Below are positions 55,783 to 63,719 of a stretch of DNA of 64,000 nucleotides, piece after piece. Each line of letters opens with the position of its first letter. Position 1 is the stretch's first letter. The notes beneath the pieces were generated by a model that searched no databases, was not told the origin of the DNA, and saw only the letters and a program-made list of their open reading frames with translations. This stretch comes from Xanthobacteraceae bacterium (GTDB taxonomy: Bacteria > Pseudomonadota > Alphaproteobacteria > Rhizobiales > Xanthobacteraceae), in the NCBI GenBank assembly GCA_030037895.1, contig JASHPW010000075.1, positions 5,899-69,898 on the forward strand, written 5' to 3'. Position numbers and translations under genes: made by a program.

Positions 55783-56940
55783 CTATGACCCGGTTCGGCT
55801 GGAGCTTGTGCCATTCGACGCATCATCCAGCAGCCGTTGGTAGAGCGCGACGACGTCGCGGCCGATGCGCCCGCTGGAAAATTCGCGCTCGACCAGATGT
55901 CGTCCGGCTTCGGCAAACCTGCGCCGCAACTGCGGAGCCTGCGCCAAACGGTCGATAGCATCGGCGAGCGCGGACGCGTCGTCCGCGGGCACCAACAACG
56001 CATTGACGTCCTGCCGCGCGACCGATCGACAGCCGGGCACGTCCGCGGCAACGATCGGACGTCCGCAGGCGGCGGCCTCCAACAGGCTTTTTGGCACGCC
56101 CTCGCGCCGCGAGGGCAGCACGGCGATGTGCGCCCGCGCCCAGACCGTGGCAATGTCATCGACAAAACCGAGCGGAACGATGCCGGGGCGTCGTCGCCAT
56201 TGCTCGATCTCTTCGGACGGAATTGACGCCGGGTTGGCCGGATCCGGCAGGCCGGCAATCAGCAGCCGGAAGTCACGGCCGCGCCGAGCCAGCAGATCGT
56301 GTGCGTCGACCAGCGTGCGCACACCCTTATCTTCCAAAAGTCGTCCGACGAAAGCCGACGTGATCGGACCTGTCGGTTCCGGCAACGGCGTCAGCGCCTC
56401 GGTATCGATTCCAGATCCGGGGATGAGCACGATGCGGCCGGGGTCCATCCCGAGCCGCTCGAGCGCCTTTTGGTCATCCGGCGTCTGCACCAAGGCCGAG
56501 GAGCCGGAGCGGTTGATGAGCGCGCGCAACGCCATCTTCACTGCCGGCCGAACCAACCGCAATTTGACGGAGCGGCCGGTAAACGCGGCGCCGAGGCCGT
56601 TGATGCTGTTGACACAGACGATCGGCAGCCCCAGGGCCGCGATGGATCCGGCAATCGATGCCTGTATTGCCACATGATGCGCGATGTCCGGCTTCAGAAG
56701 GCGATAGAGCCTGCGAATCTCGAGGGTTGATTCGACGACGTGACCCGGATCGAGGCTGCCGCGACGCCAATTGATGGGATGCAAGTGGAATCCTTGCGCC
56801 TCGATGCTCGCGCCGTGGTTTTTGACGCGGGCGACGACGTGCACGTCGAAACCGGCGGCACGCGCGGCACGCGCCATCGGCAATCGGTGCGACATGAAGT
56901 ACCAATCCTCGGTAACGAGATAGACGAGACGGGGCGCCAT
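55783..56940 (-). CDS. Glycosyltransferase family 4
   Basis: MAPRLVYLVTEDWYFMSHRLPMARAARAAGFDVHVV is followed in the C-terminal half by PSRREGVPKSLLEAAACGRPIVAADVPG. Confidence 0.85.
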   Translation of the reverse strand: MAPRLVYLVTEDWYFMSHRLPMARAARAAGFDVHVVARVKNHGASIEAQGFHLHPINWRRGSLDPGHVVESTLEIRRLYRLLKPDIAHHVAIQASIAGSIAALGLPIVCVNSINGLGAAFTGRSVKLRLVRPAVKMALRALINRSGSSALVQTPDDQKALERLGMDPGRIVLIPGSGIDTEALTPLPEPTGPITSAFVGRLLEDKGVRTLVDAHDLLARRGRDFRLLIAGLPDPANPASIPSEEIEQWRRRPGIVPLGFVDDIATVWARAHIAVLPSRREGVPKSLLEAAACGRPIVAADVPGCRSVARQDVNALLVPADDASALADAIDRLAQAPQLRRRFAEAGRHLVEREFSSGRIGRDVVALYQRLLDDASNGTSSSRTGS

Positions 56941-57066
56941 CGGGGATGATCGAGGTGGACGTGGCTCGATATGATAATTGCATGAATGCCGCAGAATTTG
57001 AAATCAAAGCGCCCGCGCCGCGTTTTGAGGTTTAGCCGCCCGAACAAGGCATGTTAAAGTGGACCC

Positions 57067-57220
57067 ATGACCAAATCCATCCTTGGCATCATCGGCGGCT
57101 CCGGCATCTCGACTTGCTCGGGTTTGAGAAGGCGCGAACGGAGACGGTTGGCAGCCCATGGGGGCAGCCATCCGCGCCCTTGCTGCTCGGCGAAGTCGCC
57201 GGCCTGCCGGTCGGTCTGCG
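57067..57220 (+). pseudogene. mtnP: 5' remnant of S-methyl-5'-thioadenosine phosphorylase gene, frameshifted and truncated by the IS
   Basis: MTKSILGIIGGSGI is followed, after a 1-nt loss at about 57109-57110, by DLLGFEKARTETVGSPWGQPSAPLLLGEVAGLPVGL. This matches the conserved MtnP N-terminus (GIIGGSGIYDL...SPWG.PS...G...G). The reading frame ends at the IS boundary and does not resume after it. Confidence 0.55.
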
Positions 57221-58441
57221 TTAGCTAAGACTTAATCGGACAGATGGTGTCCTGATCCGCACGGCGAATCACGAGCCGAGGCGGGGCGCGGAGCTAGTCG
57301 GGGTTGCGCAGCGCCCAGCCTCGGCGGTTGGAGGACACCATGACCACCGAACAGAAGATCATCCGCGCCAAAGTTGGACTGCTGGAGCTTGCCAAACAGC
57401 TCGGCGACGTCAGCCAAGCCTACAAGATGATGGGCTATAGCCGCGACAGCTTCTATCGTTTCAAGGAGCTTTACGACAAAGGCGGCGAGCTGGCCTTGCA
57501 GGAGATCAGCCGCAAGAAGCCGGTGCTGAAGAACCGCGTGCCGCAGGACATCGAAGATGCCATTGTCGCCCTGGCCATCGAGCAACCGGCGTTCGGTCAG
57601 GTCCGCATCGCCAACGAGCTGAGGGAGCGCGGTCTTACCGTCTCGCCCGCCGGCTTGCGCTGCGTCTGGCTACGCCATGACCTGGAAACGATGAACAAGC
57701 GGCTTAAGGCACTGGAGGCCAAGAGCGCCCAGGAAGGCCTGGTGCTGACCGAGGCGCAGGTGATCGCCTGGAGAAGGCCAAGACCGAGAAGGAGGCGCAC
57801 GGCGAGTTCGAGAGCGAGCACACAGGCTACTGCGGCGCCCAGGATACGTTCTATGTCGGAAATCTGAAGAGTGTTGGTCGCGTCTACCAGCAGACCTTCA
57901 TCGACACCTATGCCAAGGTCGCTTGCGCCAAGCTGTACGATCGCAAGACGCCGATCACGGCAGCGGATCTGCTCAATGATTGGGTGCTGCCATTGTTCGA
58001 TGAGCATGACGTCAAACTCCTGCGGGTGCTGACCGATCGCGGCAGTGAGTATTGCGGCAACCCAGAGCGCCACGAATACGAGCTCTACCTGGCGGTCGAG
58101 GACATCGATCACTCGCGGACCAAGACCAAGAGCCCGCAAACGAACGGCATCTGCGAGCGCTTCCACAAAACAGTGCTCAACGAGTTCTATCGTGTTGCCT
58201 TCCGCAAAAAGGTGTATCGTGCGCTCGATGAGCTGCAGGTCGATCTGGATTGCTGGATCAAGGAATACAATGAGGCGCGGCCACATCAGGGACGCTGGTG
58301 CTTCGGCAAAACGCCGATGCAGACCTTCCTGGATGCCATGCCTATCGCAAAGGAGAAAATGATCGCAGCCTGATCAGTCAGACATCAAAACCCGACCGCT
58401 CAACTAGGCGCCGGCCGTCAGATCGAGTTCCAGCTAATACA
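57217..58441 (+). mobile_element. IS481-family insertion sequence with imperfect terminal inverted repeats
   Basis: The left end is TGCGTTAGCTAAGACTTAATCGGACAG (57217-57243). The reverse complement of the right end (58415-58441) is TGTATTAGCTGGAACTCGATCTGACGG, and 18 of 27 positions match. It encloses an IS481-type transposase. No flanking direct repeat was found. The exact boundaries are approximate. Confidence 0.65.
57340..58373 (+). pseudogene. IS481-family transposase, interrupted by a single frameshift near 57766-57769
   Basis: Frame 1 reads [49 protein letters not shown]...EAQVIA. The sequence continues in the next frame as [17 protein letters not shown]...RVLTDRGSEYCG...HSRTKTKSPQTNGICERFHKTVLNEFY...ARPHQG. 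The break sits at a CC run (gcctgg, where gccctgg would restore the frame). Confidence 0.8.
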
Positions 58442-58713
58442 ATTGATTTTCCTGGATTTTGTCGCCGGATTTACTTTTTTGTTGCCCACTCGCGTGCGCG
58501 AGGCACCACGATGTCCGCGAAGCTATGGGGTATGCTGAAAAACCTGCAACCGATTGAAAGGGTGATAGGAGCCGGGTTAACCTTTGTCGTTGCCCTTACG
58601 CGCGCGTAGGCGCCTGTACCGATTTCCCCGAGCTGGTAGTAATCTACTTGAAGGCCATGCGTCCGATCGGCGCCGCCTACGAAGGCGTGTGGCGTCGATC
58701 TGCCTGAAGGAAG

Positions 58714-60021
58714 TCATTGAGGGCCAGCCACGGTAATTGGCTTCGTTTTGTAATTTTGGGTTCGCTTGCCGACCTGCCGATGGCGCTTGGCATTACTCTG
58801 ATTGGTGTCGATAGCGGCTACGGAAATCGCCCGCTCGCTGCCCACTTTGCCGTGAGCTGACGGCAGCGGGTGCGTTTGAAGCCACAGCGCCCGGGCGCTG
58901 GGCGTCGGATCGACGCCGGCATTCTTCCACCATCGGGCTTCGTCGCTGCACTGGTGGACCTCACGATGGTGGCCCCGGCACAGCGGAACGGTGAACTCGT
59001 CGCTGACCTTGCGCCCAAGTGCTGGGTGTTGCGCGAACCGCAGGTGGTGGGCATCCGAAGGTCTGCGGCCGCAGATCAGACAGGGCTGCCGGGCGACGAA
59101 CTTCATGTGGTTCTTGTCACGGATCCGACGCGGCTTGGGAAATGCAGGCGTGGTCTTATCGATAGCGTTGGCCGCCGACCGATGCCTCGGTTCGGCTGGC
59201 TTCTGCTCTGCCGGCTCTGGAGCTTGGGCCGATTGAGCTGCCACCTGAGATACCTCCGTCACCTCCGCATCGCGGCACTCCAGCGTCGCCAGTCGGGCTT
59301 GGAAAGCCTCCTCAACGCTTCGGGCATCAGCCGCGGCCAAGCTGTTCTTGGCGCCGAGGATCCCATGCGCCCACGTCGCGGCCTGCTCGGCGGAAGCAAT
59401 GTCCGCCAGTTCGGCCAGCATTTGCCGGCACAGAGTGGCCGATGCCTCAGCCTCGAGGACGGGCTTAGCCGAAGCGGCCGATGCACGGCGCTGGTACGGC
59501 CATTGCGGGGTCGAATACCGGCGGCCGCCGTTCAGCCGACCATTCCCACTGGCTGCGGGCGGCTCGGGTCTCGCATTCTGGGCGGTGGGTGCCTTGAGAT
59601 CAGGCGCGTCGAGGTCGTCCTCCCCGGCAATGCCGACCAGGGTGAACAGTGCATAGCGGCGGGCATAGGTCAGCGCCGCCCCCATGCGTTGGGGATTGGC
59701 GGTCTCGGCGATTGGGCAGACCGGCCAATCCGAGGCAATCCATTCCCCAGACGAATGAGCCAGCACGGTAGTCAGATTGACGATGCCATTAGCCTCCTCG
59801 ATGGCTGTCGTTTGCATTACCGCGATCTCGTGCTGCCCCAGCGTCTTGCGCACAATATCAAGCCCGCTCGCCAGCGAGGCATAACGAAACGAGCGTCCCT
59901 GTTGCGCCTCATCATCTGGATAGATGGTGGCCACCAATGACTTTTCCGGGTTGATGAGCGCGATCTGCGCCTTAGCAAGCGCAGTCGCGAGGCTCGCAAT
60001 GGATGGGCTAGTCCGCTGCAT
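58714..60021 (-). CDS. ERF-family single-strand annealing protein fused to a C-terminal HNH-like zinc-finger domain
   Basis: The N-terminal ERF core (about 59617-60021) reads LATALAKAQIALINPEKS...FRYASLASGLDIVRKTL...GAALTYARRYALFTLVGIAGEDD. A low-complexity linker follows. The C-terminus (about 58897-59106) reads CLICGRRPSDAHHLRFAQ...VPLCRGHHREVH. Confidence 0.8.
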   Translation of the reverse strand: MQRTSPSIASLATALAKAQIALINPEKSLVATIYPDDEAQQGRSFRYASLASGLDIVRKTLGQHEIAVMQTTAIEEANGIVNLTTVLAHSSGEWIASDWPVCPIAETANPQRMGAALTYARRYALFTLVGIAGEDDLDAPDLKAPTAQNARPEPPAASGNGRLNGGRRYSTPQWPYQRRASAASAKPVLEAEASATLCRQMLAELADIASAEQAATWAHGILGAKNSLAAADARSVEEAFQARLATLECRDAEVTEVSQVAAQSAQAPEPAEQKPAEPRHRSAANAIDKTTPAFPKPRRIRDKNHMKFVARQPCLICGRRPSDAHHLRFAQHPALGRKVSDEFTVPLCRGHHREVHQCSDEARWWKNAGVDPTPSARALWLQTHPLPSAHGKVGSERAISVAAIDTNQSNAKRHRQVGKRTQNYKTKPITVAGPQ

Positions 60022-60835
60022 TGGATTCCTCCGCGCTCACGAGATCGAAGCTGATGGCGCCCGATTTCGAACGCTTGGCCCTGACGCCATGGCCGACTGC
60101 CTCTTTGGCATCGTCCGGCATCAGGCTTTTGAGTTCGGCTTTGGCCTGTTCGTGCTCGGCATGCGCTCCCTTCGTGCGGGCAAAAATGCCGGCAAATTCC
60201 GCCCAGGCATTCGAAGAGCTCATGTCGACACTCCGAACGTCTTCGATGCGCGGCTTTGGCGGTTCAACGCCGAAAAGGTGAGGGGGCTCGCCGGTCTCTA
60301 CACAGCGCCAAAATTTTCGCTCGGCAGTAAGGATGAGGTGCTGATAGAGCGGATCGGCGTGAACGGCGATTTCGACCCACTTTCCGCCGCCGGTGATCAC
60401 CGACAGCACCGCAGACCTTGCCGCCAGCACCCACATGTTGTGCTGCAGTTGCGACATGTGTTTCTCAGCCGCCGCCTCTTCGGAGAAATACCAGGGCAGC
60501 ATGAACTTCGACTCGAAGACTGCGCCGCTCGACTGAACGCGTCCGTCGGGCGTAGCGGCGAGCCAGCGGATGGTTGGATGGCGAACATGCTTCTGGATGT
60601 CGGTGATGACCTGACCGGTATTTGCTTCGTACCATTGCCGGTTCAGTTCTTCGGTGACTAGGCCGAGCTGGACGATGAGGTTGCGCGACAGATCCTGCGG
60701 GTCCACCTCGCCGCGCTTTTCCTGCCACAGCCGGACCAGCGCCGCCTCGTCGTCGCCCATGATGATGCGGGCGTCCGAACCGCCGATGAAGCTCCGTCGA
60801 TCCAGAGGCTTCTTGCACCGTCGGGTCATGACCAA
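60008..60835 (-). CDS. YqaJ-like phage recombination exonuclease
   Basis: FIGGSDARIIMG...LVTEELNRQWY...ATPDGRV...AVFESKF...QLQHNMWV shows PD-(D/E)xK YqaJ-type motifs. The gene overlaps erf by 14 nt, as in a typical recombination module. Confidence 0.8.
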   Translation of the reverse strand: MVMTRRCKKPLDRRSFIGGSDARIIMGDDEAALVRLWQEKRGEVDPQDLSRNLIVQLGLVTEELNRQWYEANTGQVITDIQKHVRHPTIRWLAATPDGRVQSSGAVFESKFMLPWYFSEEAAAEKHMSQLQHNMWVLAARSAVLSVITGGGKWVEIAVHADPLYQHLILTAERKFWRCVETGEPPHLFGVEPPKPRIEDVRSVDMSSSNAWAEFAGIFARTKGAHAEHEQAKAELKSLMPDDAKEAVGHGVRAKRSKSGAISFDLVSAEESNAAD

Positions 60836-61188
60836 CTCTCCGGCAAAGCATCGGCGGCCTGTTGCAAGGTGCCGGACACCTCAGACGTGAGGTCGCAAAG
60901 GAGAGCGTCGATCTGGCGCCGATCGAGCCCGCCCGGGATATTCTGCGCCGTGTCGTCGAGAATTGCCGTCACATAGACCGACAGCGCGTTGAACACCGCC
61001 TTCACGTGATCGACGCGGTCCTCAAGGTCGGAAGCGTCGGCAAAAAGCGGGATCGGCCAGGGCGGTTGCTTCGCCACGGCAGTCACAAATTCGGCGTGCG
61101 CCGCTCGAACCGAGTTAATGGATGGCTTTGCGCCCGCGCCTGTGCTCGGTGCGCGAACTGCAGTAAAGACGTCATCAGCCTGAGCCAT
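60826..61188 (-). CDS. Hypothetical phage protein, first gene of the leftward operon
   Basis: 120-aa ORF that overlaps the yqaJ-like start by 10 nt. No motif was recognised. Confidence 0.4.
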   Translation of the reverse strand: MAQADDVFTAVRAPSTGAGAKPSINSVRAAHAEFVTAVAKQPPWPIPLFADASDLEDRVDHVKAVFNALSVYVTAILDDTAQNIPGGLDRRQIDALLCDLTSEVSGTLQQAADALPESWS

Positions 61189-61251
61189 GGGCTACCTCCA
61201 TTGGCTTGGGTTAGAGCCGGTAGGCAGTTGCACCTTCCTATCGGCTCGCCT

Positions 61252-61268
61252 TTTTGGTACTACCAAAA
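61252..61268. promoter_or_regulatory. Perfect 17-bp palindrome TTTTGGTAcTACCAAAA, candidate operator
   Basis: It lies 1 nt upstream of the ATG at 61270, in the 81-bp divergent region between 61188 (minus strand) and 61270 (plus strand). A related GGTAaTACCAAAA occurs at 61293-61305. Confidence 0.45.
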
Positions 61269-61269
61269 C

Positions 61270-61494
61270 ATGGGCAAGGCGTCAAGAGAAAAGGTAATAC
61301 CAAAAAAACGCGGCCGACCAGCCACTGGTCGAGACCCAGTACTGGCGCTACGGCTTCCGCCCGCGTTGAGGTCCGACATCGAACGCTGGGCCAAGCAGCA
61401 GAAGGACAAACCGTCACGATCGGAAGCCATTCGGCGGCTGATCGAGAAAGCATTGGCGATCAAAGCCGGAAAGTCGGATTTCGACGTGGAGTAA
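61270..61494 (+). CDS. Small ribbon-helix-helix (Arc/CopG-like) regulator
   Basis: MGKASREKVIPKKRGRPATGRDPVLALRLPPALRSDIERWAKQQKDKPSRSEAIRRLIEKALA shows a strand-helix-helix pattern. This is the 3' part of track ORF 60862..61494. Confidence 0.5.
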   Translation: MGKASREKVIPKKRGRPATGRDPVLALRLPPALRSDIERWAKQQKDKPSRSEAIRRLIEKALAIKAGKSDFDVE

Positions 61495-61819
61495 GCATTA
61501 ACCTTTACATTGAAGGATCGTACGGACGAGCGGTTGCCTGCTGCACGACAGCCCGACATCCATAATTAAGACGTATCGCGCGCGGCCGTTGGGGCGATCT
61601 AGAACGGGTGCGGCGACCAGCCGCCTGCGGCGCACGCGGCAGGTGCCAGCGGATATCAGCAACGTCCTTTTTGCCATTTATTGTTTTTGTTTGCAGATTG
61701 ACGGACACGCCATCATCACGGGGCGCTGCGCCAGCTGGATCGACTGCGAGGAGGCCACTGTTACTCCTGATAGGCGATTAGTGCCGCGCTTGCCGTTCTT
61801 AACCAATGCCGCCATTTTC

Positions 61820-61988
61820 GTTTTAGCGAATTGAGTTGAACGACGTCGCTTCCGTTGGCTTTCGTTTTAGTGACAAGACCAGGTGCCTTGTTCTTTTTAG
61901 CTTTTTTGTCGAGTTCTTTTTAGCGAAATCACTAAGCGTTTCTTTTTAGGCGATATCGTGCGCGCGATCTCGCCGTTGTTTTTAGCAA
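61820..61988 (+). repeat. Six direct copies of TTTTAG(C/T/G), consensus yKTTTTTAGCGAA, at irregular spacing
   Basis: The copies start at 61820 (TTTTAGCGAA), 61864 (TTTTAGTGAC), 61894 (TTTTAGCTT), 61917 (TTTTAGCGAA), 61943 (TTTTAGGCGA) and 61979 (TTTTAGCAAA). They sit in a non-coding, AT-richer stretch upstream of the parB-like and terminase genes. Confidence 0.55.
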
Positions 61989-62240
61989 ATTATCCGGCGC
62001 GGTAAGCCCGCATCGCCAGCGAATTTTTTAAGATTCGACACGCAAACAACTTTGTCACTTGCAAAATAGATTATCGTTTATTAGCTACGTAGAGTCGCGA
62101 TCGGCCGATTGTTGGATTGAACCGCCATGCGGCGGCTCGGTAAGCCTCTCCCCGACAGCGACCCCGGCGCCGGGCTTTTGCCCTTAGATTACGTGTTTAC
62201 AAAAGCCCGACGCCGATAAATTTTCTGTTGGTCAGCGTTC

Positions 62241-62996
62241 ATGATCCCCATGCGTTCGTCTCCTCATAAGGTCGGAACCATTGCTGCAGCTGACGGAGCA
62301 GCGGCGCCGCGGGCGTCTGCGGCCGATCTTCAGATCGCCTATGTCGCGCCCAAGCAGTTGCGCCCCTCGCCGACAAATGCGCGCAAGCATTCCAAGAAGC
62401 AGCTGCAGCAGATTGCGTGCTCGATCGAGCGGTTTGGATTCCTCAATCCGGTTCTCGTCTCAGACGACTTCGAGATCATCGCCGGTCACGGCCGGGTCGA
62501 AGCTGCAAAGGCGCTCGGCTTGCGCGAGGTGCCGACGGTTCGGTTATCCAATCTGTCGGCCGCCGAGCGGCGTGCCTATGTCATCGCGGATAATCGGCTG
62601 GCCGAGCGCGCCGGGTGGGATCGGGAGCTGTTGGCGAGCGAATTGCGCGAGCTGCTTGATCTGCAATTTGATGACCTCGAATTGACCGGGTTCTCGCTCG
62701 ACCAGATCGACGTCATCCTGGACGACGCGGTCGAAAAGAAAGCCAAGGAGACCGCTGAGGATCAGCTTCCAACCAACGGCCCGCAAGGTCCGGCCGTTTC
62801 ACAGATGGGCGATCGGTGGATGCTGGGGCCGCACCGCCTGCTGTGCGGGGATACCCCGCAGGATTGCGACGTCATCGTCCGGCATTGGCAGCAATTCGCC
62901 GGGAAGTCTGCGCGCCTTGCAGGGTCGGCTCTGACCTTTGCGGAAGTGGCAGCCAAGCGCCTGACTCGGTCCAGCCGATCGTCCAACAAAGCTTAA
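62241..62996 (+). CDS. ParB-like nuclease-domain protein, apparently an internally deleted ParB-DNA methylase
   Basis: The ParB N-domain reads LRPSPTNARKHSKKQLQQIACSIERFGFLNPVLV...IIAGHGRVEAAKALG...RRAYVIADNRLAE. After GPHRLLCGD the sequence jumps to DCDVIVRHWQQFAGKSARL...TFAEV, which resembles the extreme C-terminus of ParB-methylase fusions. No DPPY/N catalytic motif is present. Confidence 0.7.
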   Translation: MIPMRSSPHKVGTIAAADGAAAPRASAADLQIAYVAPKQLRPSPTNARKHSKKQLQQIACSIERFGFLNPVLVSDDFEIIAGHGRVEAAKALGLREVPTVRLSNLSAAERRAYVIADNRLAERAGWDRELLASELRELLDLQFDDLELTGFSLDQIDVILDDAVEKKAKETAEDQLPTNGPQGPAVSQMGDRWMLGPHRLLCGDTPQDCDVIVRHWQQFAGKSARLAGSALTFAEVAAKRLTRSSRSSNKA

Positions 62997-63010
62997 GGGG
63001 GTTGAGTAAG

Positions 63011-63700
63011 ATGACCGAAAAATCCGCTCACGGCGAAGGGCTCGCATCACAGCTCGACGAATCGAAGACGACTCTGGCCGCAGAGGACCGGGTTGGCCCT
63101 GGGCATCCTCCACGCAACACTCGGTGGAAGAAAGGTGATCCATCGCCCAATCCGCTCGGGCGGCCGCGCAAGGAGCGTTCCATGCTTCCCGATCTCAAGA
63201 AGGTCCTCGAGCAGGCGCTCAATAAAAAAGTTCGGGTGTCCCGCGGTAATCGAAAGGTCTTCATGACAAGGCTGGAAATTGGCCTGGAGCAGCTTCTCAA
63301 TCAGTTCGCCGCAGGCGATCGCCATGCGCGCAACGATCTCATGAAACTCGCCGAGAGAACGGGTATCGATCTGTTGGCCAAACACAAACAAAGTATCGAG
63401 GAGGCACTCGCCCCTAGCCACCAGGCTATCCTCGATGCGTACGTCGCGCGCCGAACCGGCGCGGCAAACGTTGCCGCGGCCAAGGCCGTGCTGGCACCGG
63501 CGGAGCTTTTGGATGATGAGCCTGATGAGACCGAGCAGCCGCAATCACCGCTTCGGTCCCCGCCGCGCCCGTCCGGCGCGAGCGAAGAGGAGGACAGACA
63601 GGAACTGAGAGCGACTTTGCAGAAGCTCGATCAAGCGTCGTACGGGCCAGGTCACCCGCCCCCCGGGGGCTTCTCAGTGACGACTGGGAAACCGACGTGA
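63011..63700 (+). CDS. DUF5681-like phage protein (candidate small terminase subunit)
   Basis: The ATG at 63011 lies inside track ORF 62816..63700. GPGHPPRNTRWKKGDPSPNPLGRPRK is the motif I associate with DUF5681 proteins found just upstream of the large terminase in alphaproteobacterial phages. Confidence 0.55.
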   Translation: MTEKSAHGEGLASQLDESKTTLAAEDRVGPGHPPRNTRWKKGDPSPNPLGRPRKERSMLPDLKKVLEQALNKKVRVSRGNRKVFMTRLEIGLEQLLNQFAAGDRHARNDLMKLAERTGIDLLAKHKQSIEEALAPSHQAILDAYVARRTGAANVAAAKAVLAPAELLDDEPDETEQPQSPLRSPPRPSGASEEEDRQELRATLQKLDQASYGPGHPPPGGFSVTTGKPT

Positions 63701-63719
63701 GGCAGATCGCGAAGTAGCT

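Noticed and set aside
57760-57775. The frameshift in the IS481 transposase, considered as programmed ribosomal frameshifting.
   Set aside because: No slippery heptamer of the A-AAA-AAG or similar type lies at the junction (gtgatcgcctggagaagg). IS481-family transposases are normally single ORFs. A 1-nt contraction of a C run, by mutation or sequencing error, explains it.
58442-58713. Short ORFs between the IS481 end and the erf gene, for example MSAKLWGMLKNLQPIERVIGAGLTFVVALTRA at 58511..58609.
   Set aside because: They are too short, without motifs or clear translation signals. This is probably the untranslated 3' flank of the truncated prophage arm.
61820-61988. The TTTTAGC repeat array, considered as a CRISPR array.
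   Set aside because: The repeats are only ~7-12 bp, imperfect and irregularly spaced (23-44 bp), and no cas genes are nearby. This does not fit CRISPR architecture.
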